Of a stretch of DNA of 64,000 nucleotides, positions 36,613-47,317 are shown one piece after another; the stretch's first letter is position 1; every line of letters starts with the position of its first letter. The stretch is from IMG/VR virus record IMGVR_UViG_3300047476_001680, positions 1-64,000 of that record; one strand, 5' to 3'. The DNA comes from a virus. Under the pieces are notes generated by a model, which saw nothing but the letters and a program-made list of their open reading frames with translations, did no database searches and had not been told where the DNA came from. Both the position numbers and the translations under genes were made by a program.

Positions 36613-37723
36613 AAGGGGTTAATTCAGGAAATACAGTTAACAAGTCTGTGCCACGATGTTGATCGTGGCGTTTGAAGAAACCTAAACTTTCCGCGAAACC
36701 ACTTTCGTCTAGGTTAGTTGCATAACCCGTAGCGGCCTCAATTGACATTTTAGTAGTATTATTAACTGATAAGTTTTGTAGCATTTCGTATTTTTTATGC
36801 AAATGGTCACTTAACCCCAGTGGTAACCTCTGCGGATTCATAATTTCAGGATCATCCACGGAGCATAGATACAGATTTTCTATATCATTCTGTAGTGCCC
36901 AGGTGATTAAATCAGGATATCTTAATAGGGATAGATTACTAAACGCAGTCCTAATATTAAATTGTTGATCGCAGTTTTTTAAGATATCAATACCCGTTAA
37001 TATCTGTTCCCAACGAGAAGGGTAGCGTAAATAATCGTTGACTTCGTTGACACCATCTATGCTAACATCTATATCAAAATCTTTAAAGTTTTCTTGTATC
37101 CGTGTCACTCGATCTGCTTTAATATTAGTGGCATTTGTAGTGAAATATAATTTTATTTTTTTAGAAAGACCACGTTGAATTAATTCTTCTATAAATTGAA
37201 ACGTTACTTTATCATAAAACGGCTCTCCACCCAGCAAACTAACTGTGGAAAAATTATACTGCTCAATAATCTCTAAAATTTTATCTCTTTTATCTTGAGA
37301 TATATCAATGAGCCCAATGTCTTGGTTTTTGTTTAATACTTTTATTTCTATTAGTTCTTTTATTCTGGGAAAGCTACTGTAACTACAGGGCAGACATTTT
37401 AAATTACAAGCATTGCTAGTAGAGATTAGAATTGTGCCATCATCAAAATCTCCCACTTCATAGTTTTTATCTTTTATGTTTTTACTAAATCTTAAACTGC
37501 TACCATATTTTTCTTCATTAGTTTTGCAGACTCTGCACTGATAGGGCAATTCTCCATCTTCCAGGTGAGCTCTTTGTAGTTCCAAAATTTCAGGATGTGT
37601 GAAATAATTATATATATTAATGTCAGAGGAAGACGGCAAATAGGGAGGGCAGGGTTTAGATCTACCATACTCATCTATTATCATACCTTCATAAGGATTT
37701 ACACAAAGTGGTTTCTTATTCAT
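36602..37723 (-). CDS. Radical SAM/twitch protein (6th, divergent)
   Basis: CVNPY, CRVC; CNLKCLPC; GGEP; SIDG. Confidence 0.85.
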   Translation of the reverse strand: MNKKPLCVNPYEGMIIDEYGRSKPCPPYLPSSSDINIYNYFTHPEILELQRAHLEDGELPYQCRVCKTNEEKYGSSLRFSKNIKDKNYEVGDFDDGTILISTSNACNLKCLPCSYSSFPRIKELIEIKVLNKNQDIGLIDISQDKRDKILEIIEQYNFSTVSLLGGEPFYDKVTFQFIEELIQRGLSKKIKLYFTTNATNIKADRVTRIQENFKDFDIDVSIDGVNEVNDYLRYPSRWEQILTGIDILKNCDQQFNIRTAFSNLSLLRYPDLITWALQNDIENLYLCSVDDPEIMNPQRLPLGLSDHLHKKYEMLQNLSVNNTTKMSIEAATGYATNLDESGFAESLGFFKRHDQHRGTDLLTVFPELTPYVR

Positions 37724-38930
37724 ATCCCATTGCCTTTGCTATTTCATAGTGTGTGTCTTTGAAGTTTTGATTTCTATATTGATCTGTTTGCTTCATACGA
37801 CGCAAAAATTCTCTGCCATCACTACCTGACCCGTTCTCTATAAAGCGTATGACATTTTCTATTTCTCTTTGATAAAACTTACTAGACCAGAAAGTTGTTT
37901 TTAACTTGTTTAGGACTAACTCTTGAGCAGTGGGGGTCATTTGTTGTATACTCATATGATCTGGACTATGTAACATATTAAAATAAACATTATCAAAACC
38001 CTTTTTGTCAGCCCAGTCCAGTAATTCATCTAGGTAATAGACATTTTGTATGTTAACTGTAAAGCACAGCTGAGTGGTCAAATGAACACCGTCGTGTTGC
38101 TTGTAAGAACTGATAGCCATAATGTTATCATTCACCTCCTGCCATTTAGCACCGTAACGCTCATATTCGAATCGTTTGCCGACATTGTCAATGCTAAATG
38201 CAATATCCACACGACCAAAATGTTGCCAGACCCAGGAATCCAAATTAGGGTCAACTGTACCATTGGTGTTATAATGAATATCAATATTTTTACTATAGCC
38301 CTGATCCACGGCAAACTTTAATAGATCAAAATGTTCTTGAATTAGGAAGGGCTCACCACCAGTGAATTCCATATACTTTATGTTAGGCAATAACTCTTTA
38401 AGATTATTCCAAAAATTTGTATCCTTGTCCCTGGGCCAGGCGCCCTGTTTGAGCCATTGGTAGGCTACGTGCTTCTCCTTGGGTACATTGGGTGTATATT
38501 TTAATTCTTCATCAGCCCACTTACTGCTGCTCCAGCTTCCGCAGATTCTGCATTTTAGGTTACAGATATTACCCAACTTTAAGTCAACAAACCATAATTG
38601 ATCTGGTACTAAGTTTTCCCAATCAACATTTTTGTAAAGCTCTTTCAGTCGTATTCTGCTATTAATTCTTTTGCTAGTCCTACCCGCGGCCTCTTCCTCC
38701 CAGCATAACTGGCAAGTACTGGGCTTTTCTCCCTGTAGCATTTGTTTTCTCAAGCCTTGCATATATGAACTCTTATATGCAGTCACTAAATCAGAAGTGC
38801 GCAAATTTATTTTTTGTCCATTATCATCCGTAATTTCTTCCCGGGCCAGACAACAAGGCCTCACTGTGCCCATAGGACTAGTCTCTATACTGACCCAGGG
38901 CAACATACAAATTGTTTCAGGTAGTTTCAT
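37716..38930 (-). CDS. Radical SAM/twitch protein (5th)
   Basis: CMLPW, PCC, CQLC; CNLKCRIC; GGEP. Confidence 0.88.
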   Translation of the reverse strand: MKLPETICMLPWVSIETSPMGTVRPCCLAREEITDDNGQKINLRTSDLVTAYKSSYMQGLRKQMLQGEKPSTCQLCWEEEAAGRTSKRINSRIRLKELYKNVDWENLVPDQLWFVDLKLGNICNLKCRICGSWSSSKWADEELKYTPNVPKEKHVAYQWLKQGAWPRDKDTNFWNNLKELLPNIKYMEFTGGEPFLIQEHFDLLKFAVDQGYSKNIDIHYNTNGTVDPNLDSWVWQHFGRVDIAFSIDNVGKRFEYERYGAKWQEVNDNIMAISSYKQHDGVHLTTQLCFTVNIQNVYYLDELLDWADKKGFDNVYFNMLHSPDHMSIQQMTPTAQELVLNKLKTTFWSSKFYQREIENVIRFIENGSGSDGREFLRRMKQTDQYRNQNFKDTHYEIAKAMGYE

Positions 38931-40263
38931 ATTTTTTTAACTCTTGTAATTCAGGAAAAACTTCAAAAAAGTTTTCACCACGTGTGGTATCCAATAATTT
39001 TACTTCATTTAGGAATCTAGGAAGTAAATGCTCGGCATTGTTTCCGTTGATAAAGTTTAAAAGTCCACGATATCCAGAAGTAGCACGTTTCAATGGGTCT
39101 ATGGGCTCAAGCCAGGCCAAATGTTCGTTATATTTTTGAGTCAATTGAACTTTGATATCCGCTGGCAATATGTCTGCACGGTACCAATCAGGACCCTGGC
39201 AGACGTTTATGTTAAAATCTTTGGCATTGATTAGTCCCAGATCAGTCCATTCTCTATGAAAGTCAGGAACGTGAAAGGCATTCATAGAACTCACAGTGGC
39301 CGCAATATAAAAATCCACGTGCGGTACCTCTTGTATCATTCTCTGTCTATTATCCACAGTTTGATGCCATTTGGTACCTTTGCGCATAAGCTCTGCCCTT
39401 GCGCCGCTGGCATCTAGGCTAGCACCCACACTGACGTTTTTAAAATGTTTCCAAAATTCAAATACGTGCTTGTCCTTGAAGGCTAACTCACTAAAGTTAG
39501 TATTGTACTGTATTCTAATATCTGTTTTTCCGTGCTCCAATAACTTCTCCAGCATAAAATAATGCTCTTTCATTATCAGTGGTTCACCTCCAGCAAAATA
39601 CACTTGTTCAAGATAGGGAATATGCGGCAACATTTGATCTAACATCGACTGTTCATCACCAGCAGCATATTCTATCCGCATCATTTCTCTACCCAATACA
39701 TCTGGTTTTTTACCGTACTGTTTGACGTGTTCGTTATACCAGTTACTGCTAAAGATTGGCCCACAGGTTCTGCAACTAAAATTGCATAGATTACTAAATC
39801 GTACGTCCCAGTATCTAATCTTGAAATCTTGAACTGTGCCGTCGAGAGCTGTCTTTTCTACATCGTCAATATGGTGCCCATAGTTTCTATTACTGTCATA
39901 TCTCATACTGAACAGTCCATTTTTTTCCTGTTCATAACATTTTTTGCACTGAACGCTGGGTTTTCCCTCCAGCATATTTTTTCGCATTTTGCGTAGAGGT
40001 CGCTGATTCCAGACTTCCTGCATAGAATTTTTTCTAAGATCTCCTATAGGATGCCAGTAATCAGCAAGGCAGCAGGGGTAGGCGCGACCGTCAGGAAAGG
40101 CGTGCATATGAACCCAGGGTAACATACAAAAAGTGTCGCTTTCGGTCAGCAAATGTTTTTGCTTATCAGTGAGCTTTTCTTCGCTTACAAAGAAAGGTTT
40201 GCGATCGTTATACTTGTAACCTTTATTATAAAAACCCTTTACTCCTTGATCTTCCTTATCCAT
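38917..40263 (-). CDS. Radical SAM/twitch protein (4th)
   Basis: CMLPW, PCC, CKKC; CNFSCRTC; GGEP. Confidence 0.88.
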   Translation of the reverse strand: MDKEDQGVKGFYNKGYKYNDRKPFFVSEEKLTDKQKHLLTESDTFCMLPWVHMHAFPDGRAYPCCLADYWHPIGDLRKNSMQEVWNQRPLRKMRKNMLEGKPSVQCKKCYEQEKNGLFSMRYDSNRNYGHHIDDVEKTALDGTVQDFKIRYWDVRFSNLCNFSCRTCGPIFSSNWYNEHVKQYGKKPDVLGREMMRIEYAAGDEQSMLDQMLPHIPYLEQVYFAGGEPLIMKEHYFMLEKLLEHGKTDIRIQYNTNFSELAFKDKHVFEFWKHFKNVSVGASLDASGARAELMRKGTKWHQTVDNRQRMIQEVPHVDFYIAATVSSMNAFHVPDFHREWTDLGLINAKDFNINVCQGPDWYRADILPADIKVQLTQKYNEHLAWLEPIDPLKRATSGYRGLLNFINGNNAEHLLPRFLNEVKLLDTTRGENFFEVFPELQELKKYETT

Positions 40264-41669
40264 TATATGCCCCTGTACCATTCTGCCAAGTCGGGAAACG
40301 TTTTTTCAAAATCTCTACCCCTTCTTTTATCAAACTGCACAAAGAAATTTTTAAAATCTTGCGCAAGATCTGATTTAATATATGTGACGTTTTGTTTGTC
40401 GTAATCTTGTTCTTCAAAAGTAATACCCTTGTGTGGAACTTCCACAGTCTTTAAGTATTCTGCCAAACGTTTTATTTGTACAATATCATCAGCATTAAAG
40501 TATTTTGAATTATCTGGATTGTCTATAAATTCCATTATATCATCACTGTACTTTACTCTTTTTTCCATTGGTAAAATAAAAATATTTTGAAAAGCTGGGA
40601 ATCTCACAAAATTAATATATGAACTTAATTTTCTTTTACTGCGTGTTTCTTGTCTAAAATTTTTGGACCATATTAAGTATTCTAAATATCCATCTATGCT
40701 CACAGCACTTATTGTGCTTTGTAGATGAATTTTATCCACTACTTTTTCTTTTATAAGTCTACGTAGATTTTTTTCAAATTGCACACTGTCTAGACCATCT
40801 CTCACATACTCTGCTTTGGTGCCAATATTTTCTATACTCACCAACATAAATATTTCTTTTAATCTTGGTTTAGTTCGTTTTAAATGATCTATTAACTTAT
40901 CCATAACATCGTCATCGTAGGATAAATTTGTAATAATACCTATTTTTTCTAAACTAGTATTTTCTTGTTCTGCACACCAATCCAGGAATCGCCATAGATA
41001 ACCACCCATCGTGGGCTCGCCGCCAGTGAACAATATAAGTTTGAGGTGTTTATGGAGTTCCGTTTCCCACCACTTAAAGAAAGCTTCTATATAGGGATTA
41101 TTTTCACGATCATTGTAGTCATACTTTACAGTATGATCCTGTGCACTGGCATATTGATCGCTACCATTGGTAGTTAAATTAGTATATGGGCCGTTATTTC
41201 TCACATCCTTGGCCCAACTGCTGCTGATATAGGGACTACAATAGGTGCAGGCCAGCTGACAGGTTCTATCGAAGGCTATTTCTAGTTCTCGTAATTGTAC
41301 GTCTGAATCAGGGTCAGCATCAAAAGCTAATTTTAACTCCTCGGGACTGTAGTTCATACTATATCGCATCCTATCGGATATAGCTTCTGGATTTGCTTCT
41401 TCAATGACCCAACAAAACTGACAATTGATGGGCTTCTCACCGCGAAGCATCTGCGCTCTTTCAACCTTTTTTAATTTGGTATTATGAATAGCTGAGGGAT
41501 TGGTTTTAATTTCTTCAGGGTCAATACTGTGTCCTGGATTGTGAAAGCAGCTCTGTGTGCCTCCCATCCAGAGTTGTATGGTAGCATAATACCACTTGTG
41601 CCCACAAAAGCTAGCTGACTTGGTGTCCAGATGTTTCTTTTTAAAAAATTTTATTTTCTGTTCATTCAT
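40263..41669 (-). CDS. Radical SAM/twitch protein (3rd, close paralog of the 2nd)
   Basis: CGHKW, SCFH, CQFC; CQLACTYC; GGEP. Confidence 0.88.
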   Translation of the reverse strand: MNEQKIKFFKKKHLDTKSASFCGHKWYYATIQLWMGGTQSCFHNPGHSIDPEEIKTNPSAIHNTKLKKVERAQMLRGEKPINCQFCWVIEEANPEAISDRMRYSMNYSPEELKLAFDADPDSDVQLRELEIAFDRTCQLACTYCSPYISSSWAKDVRNNGPYTNLTTNGSDQYASAQDHTVKYDYNDRENNPYIEAFFKWWETELHKHLKLILFTGGEPTMGGYLWRFLDWCAEQENTSLEKIGIITNLSYDDDVMDKLIDHLKRTKPRLKEIFMLVSIENIGTKAEYVRDGLDSVQFEKNLRRLIKEKVVDKIHLQSTISAVSIDGYLEYLIWSKNFRQETRSKRKLSSYINFVRFPAFQNIFILPMEKRVKYSDDIMEFIDNPDNSKYFNADDIVQIKRLAEYLKTVEVPHKGITFEEQDYDKQNVTYIKSDLAQDFKNFFVQFDKRRGRDFEKTFPDLAEWYRGI

Positions 41670-43021
41670 AGAGTGTTATACCATTCCACCAAGGAGGGGA
41701 AACTAACCGCAAAGTCTTTTCCTCTACGTTGATCATACTGGCTATAAAAGTTTTTAAAGTCCATACGCAATTTTGAAAGTTCAAATGCTTCACTATGTGG
41801 AGTTTCCACTCGATCAAGATAATTTATCAATCTTTTCACGTGGGCGATTTCGTGCTCGTGCAGTCCTACGTGATTTTGCCAGATATCCAACCAATGCTGG
41901 AGCCTGCCTTTATATTTTGACTTGATGTCATCAGGCAATACTAGGGCACTCTGGAAGCTGGGAAACCTTAGTATATTTAAGGTAAAGTTTATACTGTCTT
42001 TACCAAAGTTACTTTTAAATTCCAACAATTTAGTTAAAAAATCTGGCAATGAATCCAGGCACAATGCATTGATAGTGCACATAACGTGCACCCCCTTGAT
42101 TGTTTTATTGCGCACAAGTAATTCTAGATTTTTAAGCCATTGGTTGTAGTCCAACCCATCTCTAATGTACTCCGCTTGTGGGCCCACACTTTCATTGCTG
42201 GTGTAAATTTCTAAATGTGGTATTCCCTCGACCTTGTCTAAAAATTCTTTCAGTCTTCCTTCATCGAATCCCAGATTGCTGTTTATGGCCAGCTTGGTTG
42301 AGCTCTTGTTGTCGTTACTAGTATACCAGTCTAATAGTTTCCAGGTGTAACCAGACATAAGAGGCTCACCGCCGGTAATTCTTAACTCCTTTAGGCTCTT
42401 GTGTAAATCTGATTCCCACCAGTTAAAAAACGCAGTAATATAAGGGTTTTCTTCGCCGAACTTATAAAGTTGACTACTATCGTGAGTATGAGTAAAGTGG
42501 TTCCTACCATCACTAACCAAATTGACATAGGGTCCATTATTTTTAATGTCTCTAACCCAGGTGCTACTAAAGGCAGGATTACAATAAGAACAAGCAAATT
42601 GACAAGTGCGGTCAAAAGATATTTCAAGAGTCTGTAGGTTAACGTCACTATCCGACGGTAAATTAAATGCATATTCGAGATCCTTATCATCGTAAATAAC
42701 TGTTTTGTAAACACGATCACTGACATTATTAACATCAGCGTCTTCAATCTTCCAGCAATACTCGCAGCCACGAGGTCTTTCTCCCTGTTGCATCTGTTTA
42801 CGTTCTGCTTTTTTATGACTAGTATTATGCAGAGCACGTGGATTACTCATTACTTCTTGTTCAGACACGTGATGTGGTAAAGGATGATGGCAGCTAGTAG
42901 TCTGGCCACTGCCCAACCAAATGGTGGCATTATACCACTTGGCCGCGCACCAACTTTCACTCTTGATATCTATTACACGCTTTTTATAGTCTAAATAGGT
43001 TTCGTTATTTTGTTTTGGCAT
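41666..43021 (-). CDS. Radical SAM/twitch protein (2nd)
   Basis: CAAKW, SCHH, CEYC; CQFACSYC; GGEP. Confidence 0.88.
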   Translation of the reverse strand: MPKQNNETYLDYKKRVIDIKSESWCAAKWYNATIWLGSGQTTSCHHPLPHHVSEQEVMSNPRALHNTSHKKAERKQMQQGERPRGCEYCWKIEDADVNNVSDRVYKTVIYDDKDLEYAFNLPSDSDVNLQTLEISFDRTCQFACSYCNPAFSSTWVRDIKNNGPYVNLVSDGRNHFTHTHDSSQLYKFGEENPYITAFFNWWESDLHKSLKELRITGGEPLMSGYTWKLLDWYTSNDNKSSTKLAINSNLGFDEGRLKEFLDKVEGIPHLEIYTSNESVGPQAEYIRDGLDYNQWLKNLELLVRNKTIKGVHVMCTINALCLDSLPDFLTKLLEFKSNFGKDSINFTLNILRFPSFQSALVLPDDIKSKYKGRLQHWLDIWQNHVGLHEHEIAHVKRLINYLDRVETPHSEAFELSKLRMDFKNFYSQYDQRRGKDFAVSFPSLVEWYNTL

Positions 43022-44393
43022 AATATTCGCATTGGCGCCAAAATTCAGACATTTCTGGAAATGATTTTAGAAAGTCTGTCCCCCGGCGGCGATCGTGTTC
43101 GTTAAAAAACTTATAAAAGTCAGCTTGTTGCATTGTAACATAATCTGGATCAAGATTGCGACCTTCATTCATCCAATCTATCACACGCTGTAATCTCTGT
43201 AACTCATAATCTTTGAATCCTTTAAATGGCCTAGTTGGATCTTCCAGATTCTTCATTATGAACACCCAGCTTTCCTCTAGAAGATCAGAATACACTTCTG
43301 GTAAAATTTGTAGACTCTGATGTGTGGGCTGCCTAAGTATGGGCGTATCAAACCAAACTCTCTGATAGGTTTTGCTATATATCTCTCTAAGTCCCATAAT
43401 GGCATTAAACAACTCACGGACACCAGTTACATTTAGAGCATTCATTGTGATAATAAATGTAAGGCTGCTTCTATTGGGAACTTCATTTAAAAATCTATTT
43501 ACATTATCCCAGAGCCTGTTAAAATCCAACCCATTTCTACCATATTCAGCTTTTCCCCCCACACAGTCCAAACTCACATACTGCATAAAGTGCTGTAGGT
43601 GTTTGGGTTCGTTGGTAGTTAATCTCTTTACATAGTCCAGATATTTTTCAAACAACTCTGGTTCTACACTGAAGTTACTGGTCACATCAAGATGTAGATC
43701 AGGACTGGGATTTTCCAGAACGTAATCAAATACTCTATAGGTATTGCGATCCATCAAGGGCTCGCCACCAGTCATCCTAAAGTGTTTTAGTTTCGGGTAG
43801 AGTTCAGGCCACCAGGACCAAAAGGCATCAACATATGGATTATCTTCACGAGCGGGGATAGGTTTTCTCCGACCCAGGAAGTAACTAGGCTCGTTATGAA
43901 GATTACTAGTGGGATATGCTCCGTGCCTAGCAATTTCGTCAGCCCAACTGCTACTAAACTGAGGGCTACAATAACTACACTTAAGGTTACAAGCGTGATT
44001 AAAATTGACTTCCACATAACTTGGTATTTCATTTTCTTCTCCGGTACTATTTACAATACGATCAAAATGTTCCGCGGCCCAGGGTTCGCCGCTGCGATAG
44101 TGCCTGTCACTTAAATTACCTAGGTCTTCTTGTGTCCAGCAATAGCTGCACTCTTGTGGGCGTTCGTTGCGTAGCATAATTCGACGCTGTTCTTTTTTGT
44201 GCGGTGTATTATGTAATGCACTGGGATTGTCTTTTAGCAAGGATGCGTCTATTTCGTGTAGCGGGGGATGATAACAACTATTTGTTAATCCTGTGGGCAA
44301 GTGAAGACTAACCTGTTGCCATTTAGCTAGGCACAAACCTTCCCCCAGTTTGGATTTCATTTGTTCTGCTGCTGAAAGAAAATCGCTTGACAT
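43005..44393 (-). CDS. Radical SAM/twitch protein (1st)
   Basis: CLAKW, SCYH, CSYC; CNLKCSYC; GGEP. Confidence 0.88.
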   Translation of the reverse strand: MSSDFLSAAEQMKSKLGEGLCLAKWQQVSLHLPTGLTNSCYHPPLHEIDASLLKDNPSALHNTPHKKEQRRIMLRNERPQECSYCWTQEDLGNLSDRHYRSGEPWAAEHFDRIVNSTGEENEIPSYVEVNFNHACNLKCSYCSPQFSSSWADEIARHGAYPTSNLHNEPSYFLGRRKPIPAREDNPYVDAFWSWWPELYPKLKHFRMTGGEPLMDRNTYRVFDYVLENPSPDLHLDVTSNFSVEPELFEKYLDYVKRLTTNEPKHLQHFMQYVSLDCVGGKAEYGRNGLDFNRLWDNVNRFLNEVPNRSSLTFIITMNALNVTGVRELFNAIMGLREIYSKTYQRVWFDTPILRQPTHQSLQILPEVYSDLLEESWVFIMKNLEDPTRPFKGFKDYELQRLQRVIDWMNEGRNLDPDYVTMQQADFYKFFNEHDRRRGTDFLKSFPEMSEFWRQCEYYAKTK

Positions 44394-45328
44394 TACCAAC
44401 CCTCAATTCTACGGATGACGTCTAGTTCAGTCATCATTACTTCAGTGTTTCTCTGCCCAGTACTATAATGATGCTTGAAAAATTTACTTTGTTCAGGAGA
44501 CAAAGTTGTTATAGGTAACCCCAGTCGATTTTTTAGAGAATCTTCAATGTTTTGACAGCCCACTAGTGGATCTTCCTTGCCAAAACTATCCCAGAGTTTT
44601 TCTAACATATCAAAATCTTGAACGTGATGGTGATCCCATTTTTCCAGCATAATCATATATGTGCCCAGTCTGGCTCCATACATTGCCCAGTAACCATTTT
44701 CTACATCTGCTCCCACACTCTGCCAGATGCATAGATGATCGTAATTACGATTGTTAACCTTTTGTTCGAACTCTTGTAGTGTCGGTTTGTGTCCGCGATC
44801 TAGACACATCTTCACTCCTTCACGAAACCCAGCACGCCAGGCCTGTTTGGCACTGCCGTTGGGATAGGTGGTACTATAACAATTATGCATCGCAAAATAT
44901 TTTGGATCAAAACAAAACTCCACCGATGTTTCTTCTCTGCCGTCGGAGTTTTCGTGAGTACGCATATTGTTGACAAATTCGCGGCTCCAGACACTGAGAC
45001 CACCATTACCATACCTTAAACCATTGATGACATTTCTGGCTTTCCAACGGAAGGCTGCACCCTGGTATTCTGGTTTTAATGTCAACTGTAGGTTAAAAAA
45101 TTCTGGATCAGGTAGGTTATCACCATCAATTAATACAAACCATTCAGTGTCACTGGTGTTGGCTGCGGCCTTGTGAGCAGCATCAGACCCCTTGATGCCA
45201 TCAACCCTCTTGGCCCAGGGAATCATATTTTGTATCTTAACCCAAAAGTCTTCCTTTTTGGGTTCATCATAGGTTAAGAAAATTACATCTAGGTCAGCAA
45301 TATCAAGTGTGTCGATGTGTGTAGTCAT
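44393..45328 (-). CDS. GT-A-like glycosyltransferase
   Basis: DVIFLTYDEP, VLIDGDN (DxD) and WRAGFREG motifs. Confidence 0.6.
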   Translation of the reverse strand: MTTHIDTLDIADLDVIFLTYDEPKKEDFWVKIQNMIPWAKRVDGIKGSDAAHKAAANTSDTEWFVLIDGDNLPDPEFFNLQLTLKPEYQGAAFRWKARNVINGLRYGNGGLSVWSREFVNNMRTHENSDGREETSVEFCFDPKYFAMHNCYSTTYPNGSAKQAWRAGFREGVKMCLDRGHKPTLQEFEQKVNNRNYDHLCIWQSVGADVENGYWAMYGARLGTYMIMLEKWDHHHVQDFDMLEKLWDSFGKEDPLVGCQNIEDSLKNRLGLPITTLSPEQSKFFKHHYSTGQRNTEVMMTELDVIRRIEGW

Positions 45329-45683
45329 AATAGTCAATGTGTTCAAAATCTTCAAGGTCGTTTTTTTCTAGTACCAGGGCTGCGTGTCCTGGCACTGTGG
45401 GAATACCGGTACTACTTTTTTTAAGTTTTCTTTTTAGCTCAACACTGTGCACAATGAGTTCAGCTACTCTATCCTTAATGTGATACTGGTGATAATTATG
45501 ATATATTTCTTGTTCAACAACTATATAAGGTAATTCTGTCCCAGGATGGTTTATCATACTGCACATTTTGATATCACCATTTTCATTATAGTACCATCGA
45601 TATTCAGGAATCTCAGGTCTATAATCCAGGTGCTCCTGGTAGGCTGCCATCAAGGCTTTAAATAATTCCTGCTCTGCGTTCAT
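45303..45683 (-). CDS. Hypothetical protein
   Basis: 126-aa overlapping ORF in operon. Confidence 0.6.
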   Translation of the reverse strand: MNAEQELFKALMAAYQEHLDYRPEIPEYRWYYNENGDIKMCSMINHPGTELPYIVVEQEIYHNYHQYHIKDRVAELIVHSVELKRKLKKSSTGIPTVPGHAALVLEKNDLEDFEHIDYYDYTHRHT

Positions 45684-46515
45684 AGTATTCGATTAATTCC
45701 TGTGTGGCATACTCTTTTTCGTAATAGTGAACTGGCCAATATTGATTTACACCATTAATACGTATCATATCCCCGTCACGTTCACTCATAACTGCATCAT
45801 ACCAGGGTATGCCCACATTGTAGCCATTTATTTCTGGTTTCATATGTGCAAACTTTATAAAATCCAAACTGGGCAGTGTGACATTTTCCACCCCAATCAT
45901 CTGTGCTGTCACCGCATATAATACATCAGTACTAGGCACATCTTCGCGACAATTCTTTAACACTTTATTTTTTAATTCGTCCCAGTGTTCTCGAATTTGA
46001 TTGGCTGTTCTAAAAAAATTAGCGCCAGTATGAGAAAATCTGAAATACATCAGCCCAGTGTATACATCAGGTAATGAATTACTGTCAAAAAATCTTCTGT
46101 ATTCTCTACTAGTTGCTGGAATTCCCAGACTGGTTAGACAACCCAGAGGCATTAATACATCGCGAAGTCTAAAACTTGGTAACCAATGATCTATGCTGCT
46201 AGTAAAAAGAAGATCACTTTCTAACTTGATAGTTTCTTTAAAAGGCGTTAGGCTAAATGTCTGGCACTCGTTGGCCAGTCTCCATTTAGAGTCGTCAGAA
46301 TTATAATTATTTTCGATCTCAATGACGTAATCAAAAACTCTCCGATGCCGGTCAGTCAGTAACTCTGCTGTTTTTTTATCAACCACCACCGCATATTTGT
46401 TTTGCTTTTGTGTGCATTTAACATTAAGAGCCTGCAGATAAGCTAGACTCAAATAGTCTACCTCTGATGTATTTTCGGCTATGGTTAAAAAACCCAGTTG
46501 TTCTTTATGCTGCAT
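45658..46515 (-). CDS. GT-A-like glycosyltransferase (paralog of next gene)
   Basis: ENTSEVDYL and LTPFKETIKLESD (ExD). Confidence 0.55.
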   Translation of the reverse strand: MQHKEQLGFLTIAENTSEVDYLSLAYLQALNVKCTQKQNKYAVVVDKKTAELLTDRHRRVFDYVIEIENNYNSDDSKWRLANECQTFSLTPFKETIKLESDLLFTSSIDHWLPSFRLRDVLMPLGCLTSLGIPATSREYRRFFDSNSLPDVYTGLMYFRFSHTGANFFRTANQIREHWDELKNKVLKNCREDVPSTDVLYAVTAQMIGVENVTLPSLDFIKFAHMKPEINGYNVGIPWYDAVMSERDGDMIRINGVNQYWPVHYYEKEYATQELIEYYERRAGII

Positions 46516-47317
46516 TACTAATATATTGTTCTAAAAAATTATTAAAATTGTCTGATAACAAATACATCTTGTCCATAACGTGTATGTCCTGTATGGGAGA
46601 TATCAATGCTCTGTCCCTTGTTCGTATTACTATTGAGTTATTGAGACTTTCCATTGCCTTGATTTCATTATCAAAAGTAAACATCGACCAGGGTATTCGT
46701 TTATTTTTCTCTAGTTTATACCCGTTGATAACTAGATCCGCGATGGCGAAGGCGTAATCATTTCTATAACTCTGATTAAAAATATTAAACATTGCACAGT
46801 AGTAACTATATCTATTTTCTATCCTCCTTACCAAATCAAATAAACTTTGGCTTACTGGTGTTCTATTAAAAACAATCACGGTGGCCCAGATATAGTTTAT
46901 ACTGCCGCGAGCCATTGGTTGTGTCAGTGTTTCGTACCCATTGTAACTATCTCCCATAATTTTATAGTCGAAATCAGCATCCATCAATTTGGCAAGATTA
47001 TCTGTGAGAGGCAAATAATCAGCGTCAATTAAAATAGTGGTGTCGTAAGGACTGAGCTCGTAGGCACTGTATCTGCTTTTATTCCTCCAAGCCCAGGCCT
47101 GGTTATTATAATATTTGGTATTAGAATTATCTAGTGCATCAATGTTTATAATCTTATCAAATAATGAATTTTGGTAATCTTGAGAATCAGTGATCAGAGT
47201 TACAGGAAGTGCTAGTGTATGCTGCACTAGTTGTGCACATCTCGATGCTATTTTTAGGTAATCTATTTGCTCAGTATTACTGGCAAACATAACCACTCCT
47301 TTAGACTTTTCTGACAC
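46505..47317 (-). CDS. GT-A-like glycosyltransferase
   Basis: SNTEQIDYL, LSPYDTTILIDADY (DxD) and RNDYAF motifs. Confidence 0.6.
   Translation of the reverse strand: MSEKSKGVVMFASNTEQIDYLKIASRCAQLVQHTLALPVTLITDSQDYQNSLFDKIINIDALDNSNTKYYNNQAWAWRNKSRYSAYELSPYDTTILIDADYLPLTDNLAKLMDADFDYKIMGDSYNGYETLTQPMARGSINYIWATVIVFNRTPVSQSLFDLVRRIENRYSYYCAMFNIFNQSYRNDYAFAIADLVINGYKLEKNKRIPWSMFTFDNEIKAMESLNNSIVIRTRDRALISPIQDIHVMDKMYLLSDNFNNFLEQYISNAA

Noticed and set aside
35320-44393. Classical RiPP cluster
   Set aside because: No clear leader/core precursor, RRE domain, peptidase or exporter; neighbours are sugar-acting enzymes. Not fully excluded.
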